A DNA stretch of 64,000 nucleotides from Staphylococcus epidermidis (GTDB lineage Bacteria; Bacillota_I; Bacilli_A; RFN20; CAG-826): contig CAMBSI010000001.1 of NCBI GenBank assembly GCA_945870555.1, positions 21,656 to 85,655 of the forward strand. The letters run 5' to 3'. How positions within the stretch are numbered: position 1 is the stretch's first letter; each line of letters starts with the position of its first letter. This document shows positions 19,559 through 29,351 of the stretch, piece after piece. Below the pieces are notes generated by a model that saw only the letters and a program-made list of their open reading frames with translations, had not been told where the DNA came from and ran no database searches. Made by a program: the position numbers and the translations under genes.

Positions 19559-20732
19559 AGGTGTCCTTTACAATCATTAATTCTTCATTTGTCGGAATCA
19601 CCATCAACGCAACTTTACTTTCAGGTTTTGTAATCAACGCAATTTTTCCTCTTGTGGCCAAGTTACGATCATAATCTTCAACGATGCCAAGCGCATCCTT
19701 AATTTCTTCCATCACTAAATGACGATAGAAAGAGGAATTTTCTCCAATTCCCGCCGAAAAAACCAAGACATCTGCACCACCCAATCTTACATAATATTGT
19801 CCGATGAAATCTGCAATTCTTCTAACAAAAAGTTGATTGGCAAGAATCGCTTGGGGATTTCCTTGAAGGTGGGCCGCTTCGAGATCTCTAGAGTCGTTCG
19901 ATAATTTCGACATCCCTAATAAACCACTCTTTTTATTAAACATTTCGTAAATTGCTTCATGGGATTGTCCTGTTTTTAATGCGGCAAAATGAAGAACACT
20001 TGGATCAATATCCCCGGTTCGCGTTCCCATCATGATGCCACCTAATGGGGTTAAACCCATGGAGGTTGCAACTATTTTTCCATCCTTAATTGCAGCAAGC
20101 GAAGCCCCAGAACCCAGGTGGAGGGTAATAATTTTAGGATTTTTCTTTAAGGTAAAATGTTGTTTCACTTGCAAGGCAAGGTACTTGTGGGATGTACCAT
20201 GAAAACCATAACGTCTTATATCATGTTTTTCATACAACTCATATGGGATCGGAAATAAAAAATCTTGAGGTGCCATGGTTTGATGAAAAGCGGTATCAAA
20301 AACACCCACATTTTTAACCTTGGGTAAAATGCTTTGAAAGGCTTCAATCCCCATGAGGTTGGGTCCATTGTGTAATGGCGCTAAAGGAATGAACTCTTTA
20401 ACCTTATTGACGACATCAGCATTGATTACGACACTCTTAAAGAAGTATTTTCCGCCTTGTACGATACGGTGACCAACCCCTTCAATTTCTTCATAAGAAC
20501 GAATGACTTTTTTTTCAATTAAATACTTTAAAAGTAAGCTAACCCCTTGTTGATGATTCGTGATTGGTATATCAAGAACAAGTTTTTCTTGGCCTATTGA
20601 AAAGGTAAAGGAACCCATTGGTTGACCAATTCGATCTGCCATTCCTGAACAAAGAAGTGTTTCAGATGGCATATCGTATAACTTAAATTTTAAACTACTA
20701 CTTCCAGCATTGACCGCAATAATTTTACTCAT
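19539..20732 (-). CDS. ackA: Acetate kinase
   Basis: MSKIIAVNAGSSSLKFKLYDM... and the rest of the sequence are typical acetate kinase. Confidence 0.93.
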   Translation of the reverse strand: MSKIIAVNAGSSSLKFKLYDMPSETLLCSGMADRIGQPMGSFTFSIGQEKLVLDIPITNHQQGVSLLLKYLIEKKVIRSYEEIEGVGHRIVQGGKYFFKSVVINADVVNKVKEFIPLAPLHNGPNLMGIEAFQSILPKVKNVGVFDTAFHQTMAPQDFLFPIPYELYEKHDIRRYGFHGTSHKYLALQVKQHFTLKKNPKIITLHLGSGASLAAIKDGKIVATSMGLTPLGGIMMGTRTGDIDPSVLHFAALKTGQSHEAIYEMFNKKSGLLGMSKLSNDSRDLEAAHLQGNPQAILANQLFVRRIADFIGQYYVRLGGADVLVFSAGIGENSSFYRHLVMEEIKDALGIVEDYDRNLATRGKIALITKPESKVALMVIPTNEELMIVKDTYDIIKK

Positions 20733-20835
20733 AAGAAATCCAATTCTTTCCTTATGAATTATACCGAAAATATGATGGATAAGGAAACACTTTCTTTGAA
20801 ATATTTTTCAATTGAAACAAGGTATAATTAATGCA

Positions 20836-22695
20836 ATGGTTGAAAAAGAAATTTTAGAACACTTCTTCAATTTTGGTGCCTTTCAAGGTTTTGAGTATTT
20901 TGGAGCACATCCCTCAACTCAAACCATCAACGGAGTTCAAACAAATGGCGTTATTTTCAGGCTTTACGCACCCAATGCCACTAACATTTCCGTGGTTGGT
21001 GACTTTAATCAATGGCAGGGTTCTAAACATCCAATGCAAAAAGTTCATCCTTCGGGTGTTTATGAAGCTTTTATTAAGGAAGCAAAAATAGGCGATTGTT
21101 ATAAGTTTCAATTTACCAACACGTATGGTGTACAAGTTCAAAAAGCAGATCCTTATGCTTTTGCAGCGGAACTAAGACCATTAACTGCAAGTGTGATTAC
21201 AAGTTATGAAGGTTATCTTTGGCATGATGCTAACTATCTCAAACAACGGACAAGAAATTTTGATAAACCGATGTCTATCTATGAAGTCCATTTAGGCTCT
21301 TGGAAAAAACCCGAACAAAAAGAATTTTTTAGCTATGAAGAGATGGCAAATCAATTAATTCCATATGTTAAGGAACATGGATTTACACACATTGAAATTT
21401 TGCCTTTAACCCAACATCCTTTTGATGGTTCTTGGGGTTATCAAACAACAGGTTTTCATGCGGTCGATTCTAGATACGGTTCACTTCGAGGACTCATGAC
21501 GTTTGTTGATCGGTGCCATGAATTCGGGATTGGTGTGATCTTGGATTTTGTGATTGTTCACTTTGCAAGTGATGGTTTTGGTCTACATGAATTTGACGGT
21601 AGTAAACTTTATGAATATTTCGATCCTAGGCGAACGTATTCTCAATGGGGCTCTCCTCAATTTGATTTGAGTAAACCGGTCGTTAGAAGTTTGTTATTCA
21701 GTTCGATTAATTACTTCATCAATTATTTTCATTTAGATGGTATTCGAATTGATGCAGTCAGTAATATTGTCTACTGGGATGGAAATGTAGACCACGGAGA
21801 AAATAGCAGTGGCATTGCATTTATTCGAGATTTGAATGCGTTTATCCATCGTTACCATCCTACTGTGATGACGATTGCCGAAGACTCAACGGCATATGCT
21901 GGTGTAACCAAAGCCATTGACCAAGGTGGTTTAGGTTTTGATTACAAATGGGATATGGGTTGGATGAATGACACCCTCAAATATTATGCGGTTGACTTCG
22001 TTTATAAATATTATGATCATCACAAACTCACCTTTTCTATGCATTACTTTTATTCAGATAATTTCATGCTCCCGCTGTCGCATGATGAAGTGGTTCATGG
22101 CAAAGGAACTATCCTCAACAAAATGTGGGGTAGCTATGATGAAAAATTTGCCCTAGTTCGTAATCTTTATGCCTATCAATGGATGCACCCAGGTAAGAAA
22201 CTGCTTTTTATGGGTAGTGAATTTGCCTCATTTGATGAATGGAATGAGAAAACATCGTTACCTTGGTTTTTTACTCAATTTCCCAAACATGATTCGGTTC
22301 GTCGATTAATCAAAGATTTGAATCATCTTTATCAAAAAGAACCAGCTTTATATCTTCAAGAACATAACCCGGAAACATTTCGATGGTTAATGGTCGATAA
22401 TCGAAATGATAATGTTTATGCATTTGAACGTAAAATTAACAGTTCTTCAATAATAATTGTGTTAAATATGAAGGGTAATTACTATAATGATTATGATATC
22501 GGGGTCTTTGAACCAGGAATTTATCAAGAAATTCTAAACACTGACAACGAAATCTATAGTGGTTGGCATCGGTTAAATCAAAAACCAATCTCCACGCAAA
22601 CAAAAACTGGTCCAGAAGGAAAACCGTTAACCTTAACATTATCGGTGGGATCATTTGCAGTCATTGTTCTAAAAAAAATAAGCGATATTCGCTAA
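20836..22695 (+). CDS. glgB: 1,4-alpha-glucan branching enzyme
   Basis: GH13 branching-enzyme motifs (DGIRIDAVS, GFDYKWDMGWMND). The six-frame ORF opens at TTG 20812; ATG 20836 is preferred because it sits about 8 nt after a TATAAT (20823-20828) with no SD. Confidence 0.9.
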   Translation: MVEKEILEHFFNFGAFQGFEYFGAHPSTQTINGVQTNGVIFRLYAPNATNISVVGDFNQWQGSKHPMQKVHPSGVYEAFIKEAKIGDCYKFQFTNTYGVQVQKADPYAFAAELRPLTASVITSYEGYLWHDANYLKQRTRNFDKPMSIYEVHLGSWKKPEQKEFFSYEEMANQLIPYVKEHGFTHIEILPLTQHPFDGSWGYQTTGFHAVDSRYGSLRGLMTFVDRCHEFGIGVILDFVIVHFASDGFGLHEFDGSKLYEYFDPRRTYSQWGSPQFDLSKPVVRSLLFSSINYFINYFHLDGIRIDAVSNIVYWDGNVDHGENSSGIAFIRDLNAFIHRYHPTVMTIAEDSTAYAGVTKAIDQGGLGFDYKWDMGWMNDTLKYYAVDFVYKYYDHHKLTFSMHYFYSDNFMLPLSHDEVVHGKGTILNKMWGSYDEKFALVRNLYAYQWMHPGKKLLFMGSEFASFDEWNEKTSLPWFFTQFPKHDSVRRLIKDLNHLYQKEPALYLQEHNPETFRWLMVDNRNDNVYAFERKINSSSIIIVLNMKGNYYNDYDIGVFEPGIYQEILNTDNEIYSGWHRLNQKPISTQTKTGPEGKPLTLTLSVGSFAVIVLKKISDIR

Positions 22696-22716
22696 TTTAA
22701 AGGAGTTCACTGAGAT

Positions 22717-25122
22717 ATGTTTAAAAATAAAGAAGACTTTAAAGAGATTTTTCTCCAGCGTCTAGAATCAAAATTTGGCCGAACCGTTCATGATAGTCAC
22801 ATTACGGAACGTTATGAAATCTTAGGTCATATCATACGTGATTATGCTGGGCAGAATCTAAAGAAGTTACGGACGACGGATAATCAAAAACATCCACGGC
22901 AATTAATCTATTTTTCAATGGAATTCTTGATTGGTAAATTAATGTTAAGCAACTTACATAACCTTGGACTTTATGACATGGTTGAAGCCGGTTTAAAAGA
23001 CTTAAAGTTATCACTTCAAGAATTGATTGACATGGAAATGGACGCTGGTTTAGGTAACGGCGGATTAGGTCGACTCGCTGCATGTTTTTTAGATTCAATT
23101 GCTTCACTTGGTTATGCTGGTCATGGCAATACCATTCGCTATGATTATGGTTTTTTTAAACAAAAAATTGTCAACGGAAAACAAGTTGAGGTTCCAGACA
23201 TCTGGTTAAAGAATGGTAATGTTTGGGAAGTCAAAAACCTTAAACATAGTGTGGATATAAAATTCTATGGGCAAGCAGAAACCTATTTAAAACCTGATGG
23301 TGGTTATGCGATACGTACTGTCAATGCACTCAATGTTCGTGCGGTTCCTTATGATATGGCGGTTGTTGGTTACCATAATGGAGTGACCAATAATTTAAGA
23401 TTATGGGCTGCGGAACCAACTGAAGAAAATATTCCAAGCAATCAAAGTTTTAAAGAATATTTACAAACGGTTAAAGAAATTACCCACGGATTATATCCCG
23501 ACGATTCAACAGAACAAGGTAAAATTCTACGGTTAAGACAACATTATTTTTTAGTATCAGCTGGTTTGCAATCTGTGATTGGTTCGCATTATCGACGTTT
23601 TAAACGCATCGATGATGTTGCAAAATATTTTGTATTTCAACTGAATGATACCCACCCCATTCTTGCCATCCCTGAATTGATGCGAATCATGATGGATGAA
23701 TATGGCCAAACATGGGATGCTGCTTGGGCTCAAGTTACTAAATCAATGGCTTATACAAACCATACCGTTATGGCAGAAGCATTGGAAAAATGGCCTGTCC
23801 ATTATATACAACCATTACTTCCAAGAATTTACATGATTATCGAAGAAATTCATCGTCGTAGTCAACTCGAATTTAGCCAAAAACAACAATCCGATGACGC
23901 GAGAAAAAACATGGCAATTATCAAAGATGGCATGGTTTATATGGCTAACCTCGCTATTTATGCAACCTTTTCAACCAATGGTGTGGCAGCACTTCATACC
24001 GATATTTTAAAAGCAGATACGTTTAAAGATTTCTTTCAACTTTATCCAGAACGATTTAATAACAAAACCAATGGCATTACTCACCGTCGATGGATGATGT
24101 ATAGCAATCCTACTTTAGCCAATGCCATTACCAAACGTATCGGTGAAGGTTGGAAAACGCAACCGCAACAATTAGAAAAATTGTTGCCTTTTAAATCCGA
24201 TCGAAAATTACAAGATGAGTTAGCAACGATTAAATTAGCCAATAAAAAGCTCTTGGCAACATTCCTTAAGCAACATCAAGGTGTGGATCTTGATGTCAAT
24301 ATGATTTTTGATGTTCAAATCAAACGCCTTCATGCTTACAAAAGGCAGTTAATGAATGTGTTCCATATCATGTATTTATATCAACGGATGAAACAAGATT
24401 CACAGTTTAGAATTCCACCGAGAACCTTTATCTTTGGCGCAAAAGCTGCCCCAAGTTATTTTTATGCAAAAAAAATTATTGAGTTAATTCATTCGGTTGG
24501 CAAGATTATCAATGCTGATCCTCAAATCAATAAATTTTTAAGAGTTTTATTTGTTGAAAACTATAATGTTTCCATATCTGAAAAAATCATTCCAGCATCT
24601 GATATTTCTGAACAAATCTCAACAGCTGGTAAAGAAGCTTCCGGTACTGGAAACATGAAGTTTATGATGAATGGTGCCATTACTTTAGGAACATTAGATG
24701 GTGCAAACGTTGAAATTGCAGATTTCGTTGGCCTAGATAATGCCGTCATATTCGGAATGAAAGTCGATGAAGTCCAAGCGCTTACCCAAAATCGAAGCTA
24801 CCGTTCATGGGACATGTATGCCAAGTTTCCTCACATCAAAGCTTTAATCGATTCATTGATTGATGGTAGTTGGTCAGAAGGCAATATGGATACGTTCCGC
24901 CCAATTTTTGATGAAATGATGCACCGAAATGATGAATACTTTGTTCTCAAGGATTTTGATGCATACGTTGCAGCCCAAGAAAAAATTGGAAAACTTTATC
25001 AACAACCTCAACTTTGGCAATCGATGGCGATTGTCAATATTGCGCGATCTGGTTTTTTCTCTACGGATCGTACCATCCAACAATATGTTGATGATATTTG
25101 GAAACTGAAGAAAATTGTATGA
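22717..25122 (+). CDS. glgP: Alpha-glucan (glycogen/maltodextrin) phosphorylase
   Basis: 801 aa GT35 phosphorylase including the PLP-site region (EASGTGNMKFMMNGA). Confidence 0.95.
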   Translation: MFKNKEDFKEIFLQRLESKFGRTVHDSHITERYEILGHIIRDYAGQNLKKLRTTDNQKHPRQLIYFSMEFLIGKLMLSNLHNLGLYDMVEAGLKDLKLSLQELIDMEMDAGLGNGGLGRLAACFLDSIASLGYAGHGNTIRYDYGFFKQKIVNGKQVEVPDIWLKNGNVWEVKNLKHSVDIKFYGQAETYLKPDGGYAIRTVNALNVRAVPYDMAVVGYHNGVTNNLRLWAAEPTEENIPSNQSFKEYLQTVKEITHGLYPDDSTEQGKILRLRQHYFLVSAGLQSVIGSHYRRFKRIDDVAKYFVFQLNDTHPILAIPELMRIMMDEYGQTWDAAWAQVTKSMAYTNHTVMAEALEKWPVHYIQPLLPRIYMIIEEIHRRSQLEFSQKQQSDDARKNMAIIKDGMVYMANLAIYATFSTNGVAALHTDILKADTFKDFFQLYPERFNNKTNGITHRRWMMYSNPTLANAITKRIGEGWKTQPQQLEKLLPFKSDRKLQDELATIKLANKKLLATFLKQHQGVDLDVNMIFDVQIKRLHAYKRQLMNVFHIMYLYQRMKQDSQFRIPPRTFIFGAKAAPSYFYAKKIIELIHSVGKIINADPQINKFLRVLFVENYNVSISEKIIPASDISEQISTAGKEASGTGNMKFMMNGAITLGTLDGANVEIADFVGLDNAVIFGMKVDEVQALTQNRSYRSWDMYAKFPHIKALIDSLIDGSWSEGNMDTFRPIFDEMMHRNDEYFVLKDFDAYVAAQEKIGKLYQQPQLWQSMAIVNIARSGFFSTDRTIQQYVDDIWKLKKIV

Positions 25123-25610
25123 TAATCCAACTCAAAGATTTATTTGCAGAACAAGTAAAGTTGGATACGCATATTCAGCAACAACACCAAGTCACCTATG
25201 GCACCACGAGAGAAAAACGAATCCTCGCACTCTTGGTTGAAGTCGGTGAGATGATCAACGAAACCAAAACCTTTAAATTTTGGTCAAAAAAACCAAGTGC
25301 AGAAAAGCCCATCATTTTGGATGAGTTTGCGGATGGCCTTCACTTTCTTTTGTCTCTTGCGATTGAAGTTAAATCTTCAAAAGTTTCCTATGAAATCATC
25401 AAGCAAAACCTAAGTTTAACTTCAGCAACGATTCTTGTTTTTCAAGCCGTCAGTGATTTATCAAAACAATGGTCTATTCCGCTCGTGGAACAGGCATTTC
25501 AACGATACTTAAACCTGATTCCTTTACTTGGTTTTACAACCGAAGAAGTCGTCAGTGCTTATTTTAAAAAATTAGGCATTAACTATACCCGTCAACAAAA
25601 TGCTTATTAA
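25119..25610 (+). CDS. All-alpha NTP pyrophosphohydrolase, dimeric-dUTPase-like
   Basis: LALLVEVGEM...FKFW and DEFADGLHFLLSLAIE resemble dimeric dUTPase / MazG-like motifs. The start overlaps the glgP stop in an ATGA. Confidence 0.45.
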   Translation: MIIQLKDLFAEQVKLDTHIQQQHQVTYGTTREKRILALLVEVGEMINETKTFKFWSKKPSAEKPIILDEFADGLHFLLSLAIEVKSSKVSYEIIKQNLSLTSATILVFQAVSDLSKQWSIPLVEQAFQRYLNLIPLLGFTTEEVVSAYFKKLGINYTRQQNAY

Positions 25611-25625
25611 AAATAGGAGAACCTT

Positions 25626-26714
25626 ATGAAACAAACCTGGTGGCCTTTATTAAAAAATCTATCCGAATTAAATGGTGTTTCTGGTTTTGAAAACCAAGTT
25701 GCAGCCTATATTGAAAAACAAATCAAGCCATTTGTTGATGAGATTCAATACGATGGATTGGGTTCTTTACTTGCGATTAAAAAAGGTACCAATCCAAATC
25801 TTACCGTGATGTTAGCAGCCCATATGGATGAAGTTGGATTTTTAGTATCTCAAATTGAAGATTCAGGGATGATTCGCCTTACACCAGTCGGTGGTTGGTG
25901 GGGCCACGTTTTGTTAGCACAAGTCATGACATTGACAACCCGAGAAGGAAAAACATTTCAAGGCATCATTGGCGCGAAACCTCCTCATGGGATGTCACCA
26001 GACGCGCGAAGTAAAGTTATTGAAATAAAAGACATGTATTTAGATTTAGGATTTTCAACGAAAAAAGATATTGAAAGCAAAGGCATTAGGATTGGTGATA
26101 TGATCACACCTCAAACCGATGCGATGATTCTAAATGATACCGATATTCTCATGGGCAAAGCTTGGGATAATCGCGTCAGTTGCGGTGTACTCATCGAATT
26201 GATGCGCCGATTAAAAACCGTCAAAACCGAAGCGTCGATTATCGCGACCTTTACGGTTCAAGAAGAAGTTGGTCTTCGGGGAGCAAAAACATCGGCCTAT
26301 AAGGCAAAACCTGATTTAGCTTTCTCCATCGATGTTACCCTTTCTCACGATTTGCCAGGAGCTCCAAAACAAGATACACGATTAGGTCAAGGAGTTGCCC
26401 TTTCCATCTTGGATGCAAGTGTAATTTCCCACCGCGGACTTGTTGAAGATGTGGAACGTGTTGCCAAGATTCATCAAATTCCTTTTACCTATGATGTGAT
26501 GCCCGTTGGCGGCAATGATGCCGGTGAAATTCATAAAGTATTTGACGGGGTCGTTGCCATGACCCTTTCCATTCCTTGCCGTTATTATCACTCACATACG
26601 TCGCTCGTCCATTTGAAGGATGTTGAATTAACCACGCAAATTTTAGAAAAATACGTGATTCAATTCACGCCAGCAATCTTAAAAGGTTTGCACGCCTCAA
26701 AGTTTAAAGCTTAG
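25626..26714 (+). CDS. M42-family glutamyl aminopeptidase (YsdC/FrvX-like)
   Basis: M42 metal-ligand context (AAHMDEVGF, EEVGLRGA). Confidence 0.85.
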   Translation: MKQTWWPLLKNLSELNGVSGFENQVAAYIEKQIKPFVDEIQYDGLGSLLAIKKGTNPNLTVMLAAHMDEVGFLVSQIEDSGMIRLTPVGGWWGHVLLAQVMTLTTREGKTFQGIIGAKPPHGMSPDARSKVIEIKDMYLDLGFSTKKDIESKGIRIGDMITPQTDAMILNDTDILMGKAWDNRVSCGVLIELMRRLKTVKTEASIIATFTVQEEVGLRGAKTSAYKAKPDLAFSIDVTLSHDLPGAPKQDTRLGQGVALSILDASVISHRGLVEDVERVAKIHQIPFTYDVMPVGGNDAGEIHKVFDGVVAMTLSIPCRYYHSHTSLVHLKDVELTTQILEKYVIQFTPAILKGLHASKFKA

Positions 26715-26716
26715 TC

Positions 26717-27346
26717 ATGACGGTAGACTTGAACGGTGTTCACTATCCAGTTGACATCGTTTTTCGTCGACAAAAACGAATTGTTTTGCGGTTTTTAAAG
26801 AATACGTTTAAAGTTTCTGCTCCAAAGCGAACCCCATTACATTGGATTCAACAACAAATTCTTAATCATGGGCAAGGTTTGATTCTAACAATTAAACAGA
26901 TTCCTTCACCCTGGACCCCTGAAGGCATGTATGTGTTTGGTCGATGGCAATCTCTCAATGAGGTGACCCAAACGTTTTCATTAAAACCCCCCGTTAATAT
27001 AGAACAGTTAGGGTATGATTTGAAACGCTTGAAAAAAGTTTTTCTTCCCCCATTATTGGATCGCGTTCGCTATTGGCAAAAACACCTTAACATCAACACA
27101 GTTTATCGTATCAGTGTTCGCAATATGCGTTCGAGGTTAGGTTCCAATTCAAGAAAAACAAAACGATTAACGTTCGCTTTAAAACTGATTCATTTTTCTT
27201 GGCCAACGATTGATGCAGTGATCGTGCATGAATTAATCCATGATCGGCATTTTGATCATTCACCTAGGTTTTATCAATCGCTCTTGCAAGCTTATCCTCA
27301 ATATCGCCAAGAACATGCTAAAATTTTGAAAGGTCAGTATGAATGA
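26717..27346 (+). CDS. YgjP/DUF45-like zinc metallohydrolase (WLM/M48-like HExxH)
   Basis: C-terminal VHELIHDRHFDHS HExxH motif typical of the YgjP family. Confidence 0.6.
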   Translation: MTVDLNGVHYPVDIVFRRQKRIVLRFLKNTFKVSAPKRTPLHWIQQQILNHGQGLILTIKQIPSPWTPEGMYVFGRWQSLNEVTQTFSLKPPVNIEQLGYDLKRLKKVFLPPLLDRVRYWQKHLNINTVYRISVRNMRSRLGSNSRKTKRLTFALKLIHFSWPTIDAVIVHELIHDRHFDHSPRFYQSLLQAYPQYRQEHAKILKGQYE

Positions 27347-28091
27347 ATTAAAAAGTTTACAAGACGCCCACGTCAAGAAATTAAGATTGTTAAAAGATCA
27401 AGATGGACCCTTTGAACCAACCCATTTTTTAGTGGAGGGACAACATCTCGTAGACCACGCTTTAGCAGCAGGGGTTTTGGAATCAATTTATTTCACAGGA
27501 CCGATGCCCAAACTTCCGCCAACAGTTAAAGTATTTTACTGCGAACTACATGTGATTCAGGCAATCTCTCATCAAAAAAATCCTCAAGGGATTATTGGAT
27601 TATGTCGAAAAGTTAAAAGCCAAATCCCAATGGGTAACACGATCGTCTATCTTGATCAAATCAATGATCCTGGAAACGTCGGAACCATCCTTAGAACCAG
27701 TTTAGGTTTAGGCATTTCAACCGTTATTTTTTCACCTAAAACTGCCAATCGATATCAACCGAAAGTGATTGCAAGTTCTCAAGGGGCGATGTTTGGATTA
27801 AACCTTCTCGAAGATACTGAAGACGCGTCGTTATTGAAACAGTATCGTGATGAAGGTTATCACGTGGTGGCCACCAATTTATCTACCCAAGCGATTCCAT
27901 TAGAAAAGTATCGGTTTAAAGAAAAGAATATCATCATCGTCGGCAATGAATCTCACGGCATTCGCCCGGACATAACTGCGCTTGCCCATGGCCAATTAAC
28001 GATTCCCATGAAGCACATTGACTCGATGAATGTATCGGTAGCTTTTGCAATCATTGCCTATCGCTGCATGCAATACACGCCAGCATCGTGA
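27339..28091 (+). CDS. SpoU/TrmH-family RNA 2'-O-methyltransferase (YsgA-like)
   Basis: SPOUT fold motifs (IVGNESHG, VSVAFAI). Positioned immediately upstream of pheS as ysgA is in B. subtilis. Confidence 0.75.
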   Translation: MNELKSLQDAHVKKLRLLKDQDGPFEPTHFLVEGQHLVDHALAAGVLESIYFTGPMPKLPPTVKVFYCELHVIQAISHQKNPQGIIGLCRKVKSQIPMGNTIVYLDQINDPGNVGTILRTSLGLGISTVIFSPKTANRYQPKVIASSQGAMFGLNLLEDTEDASLLKQYRDEGYHVVATNLSTQAIPLEKYRFKEKNIIIVGNESHGIRPDITALAHGQLTIPMKHIDSMNVSVAFAIIAYRCMQYTPAS

Positions 28092-28103
28092 TATAATTTA
28101 GAT

Positions 28104-28285
28104 GTTAAGAAAGATTAAGTAGTATGTCACCAGGGACGAGTGAACAGTGAAACCACTCACAACATATGAAATTCACTTTCAATCAATTAACCGTTGATGG
28201 CGTTAACATCAAATTAAGTGCGGTCAAACGAAAAAGGATGGTACCACGGCTTCGGTCGTTCCTTACGGATGACTTTTTTTATTTA
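28104..28285 (+). promoter_or_regulatory. T-box riboswitch leader of pheST (extended -10 TGaTATAAT at 28089-28097)
   Basis: T-box core AAAGGATGGTACCACGG (28233-28249) and an imperfect terminator hairpin plus T7 run (28251-28280) before the RBS AAGGAGG. Confidence 0.75.
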
Positions 28286-28299
28286 AGGAGGCCAAATAG

Positions 28300-29337
28300 A
28301 TGGGCTTAACAGAAAATATCCAAGCGATTTTATCAAAGGGTTTACTCGCAATTGAAAAAGCATCAGATTTACCACAACTACAAGAAGTCCGTAACCTTTA
28401 TTTAGCCAAAAAATCTGAATTAATGGGTGTTTTTACCTTGCTCAAAGATATGGATGGAGAGGCTAAAAAACAAGTAGGTCAGCAAATCAATGCTGCTCGG
28501 GATCAACTCACACAGGCACTTGATTTCAAACAAAACCAACTGCAACAAGCATTTATCCAAGCAAAGTTAAAAGAAGAAGTCATCGATATTTCCCAACCAA
28601 GCGTGCAAGCATATCAAGGTTCTGTTAATCCTTTTTTCCTCATTGAACAAACGATTACCGATATTTTTATTGCGATGGGATATCAAGTTGCCGAAGGTCC
28701 AGAAGTTGAAAGTGATCATTATAATTTTGAATTATTAAACATTCCAAAAGATCATCCTGCAAGAGAAATGCAAGACTCTTTATATTTTGATGAAAATACA
28801 TTACTGAGAACGCATACTTCACCCGTTCAAGCTCGGGTCATGCAAGCAAGTCAAGGTAAGCCAATCCAAATCATTTGCCCTGGGAAAGTTTATCGACGAG
28901 ATGAAGACGATGCCACCCATTCACACCAATTTGGTCAAGTTGAAGGATTGGTCGTTGCTGAAGGCATGAACTTAGGCCATCTGAAACAAACCTTACAGTC
29001 TTTTGCTAAAAAAATGTTTGGTGATAAACGTGATATTCGTCTCAGACCGAGTTTTTTTCCTTTTACAGAACCAAGTGTTGAAATCGATGTGAGTTGTTTT
29101 GAATGTGGTGGTAAAGGCTGTAACTTATGTAAACAAACCGGTTGGATTGAAATCCTTGGTGGAGGCATGGTCCATCCACGGGTCTTATCGATGAATGGTT
29201 ATGATCCCAAACGCTTTCGAGGGTTTGCGTTTGGTATTGGGATTGAACGCGTTGCCATGCTCAGATATGGTATTGATGACATTCGCCGATTTTATCAAAA
29301 TGATTTACGTTTCATTCAACAATTTAAACGAAAATAA
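28300..29337 (+). CDS. pheS: Phenylalanyl-tRNA synthetase alpha subunit
   Basis: Class II motifs (FRPSFFPFTEPS, GFAFGIGIERVAM). Confidence 0.95.
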   Translation: MGLTENIQAILSKGLLAIEKASDLPQLQEVRNLYLAKKSELMGVFTLLKDMDGEAKKQVGQQINAARDQLTQALDFKQNQLQQAFIQAKLKEEVIDISQPSVQAYQGSVNPFFLIEQTITDIFIAMGYQVAEGPEVESDHYNFELLNIPKDHPAREMQDSLYFDENTLLRTHTSPVQARVMQASQGKPIQIICPGKVYRRDEDDATHSHQFGQVEGLVVAEGMNLGHLKQTLQSFAKKMFGDKRDIRLRPSFFPFTEPSVEIDVSCFECGGKGCNLCKQTGWIEILGGGMVHPRVLSMNGYDPKRFRGFAFGIGIERVAMLRYGIDDIRRFYQNDLRFIQQFKRK

Positions 29338-29351
29338 TTGAGGAAAACATC

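Noticed and set aside
20812-20835. TTG start for glgB and the 72/75-aa overlapping ORFs at 20873-21141
   Set aside because: The TTG precedes the likely -10 element. The short ORFs overlap the conserved glgB N-terminus in other frames or strands.
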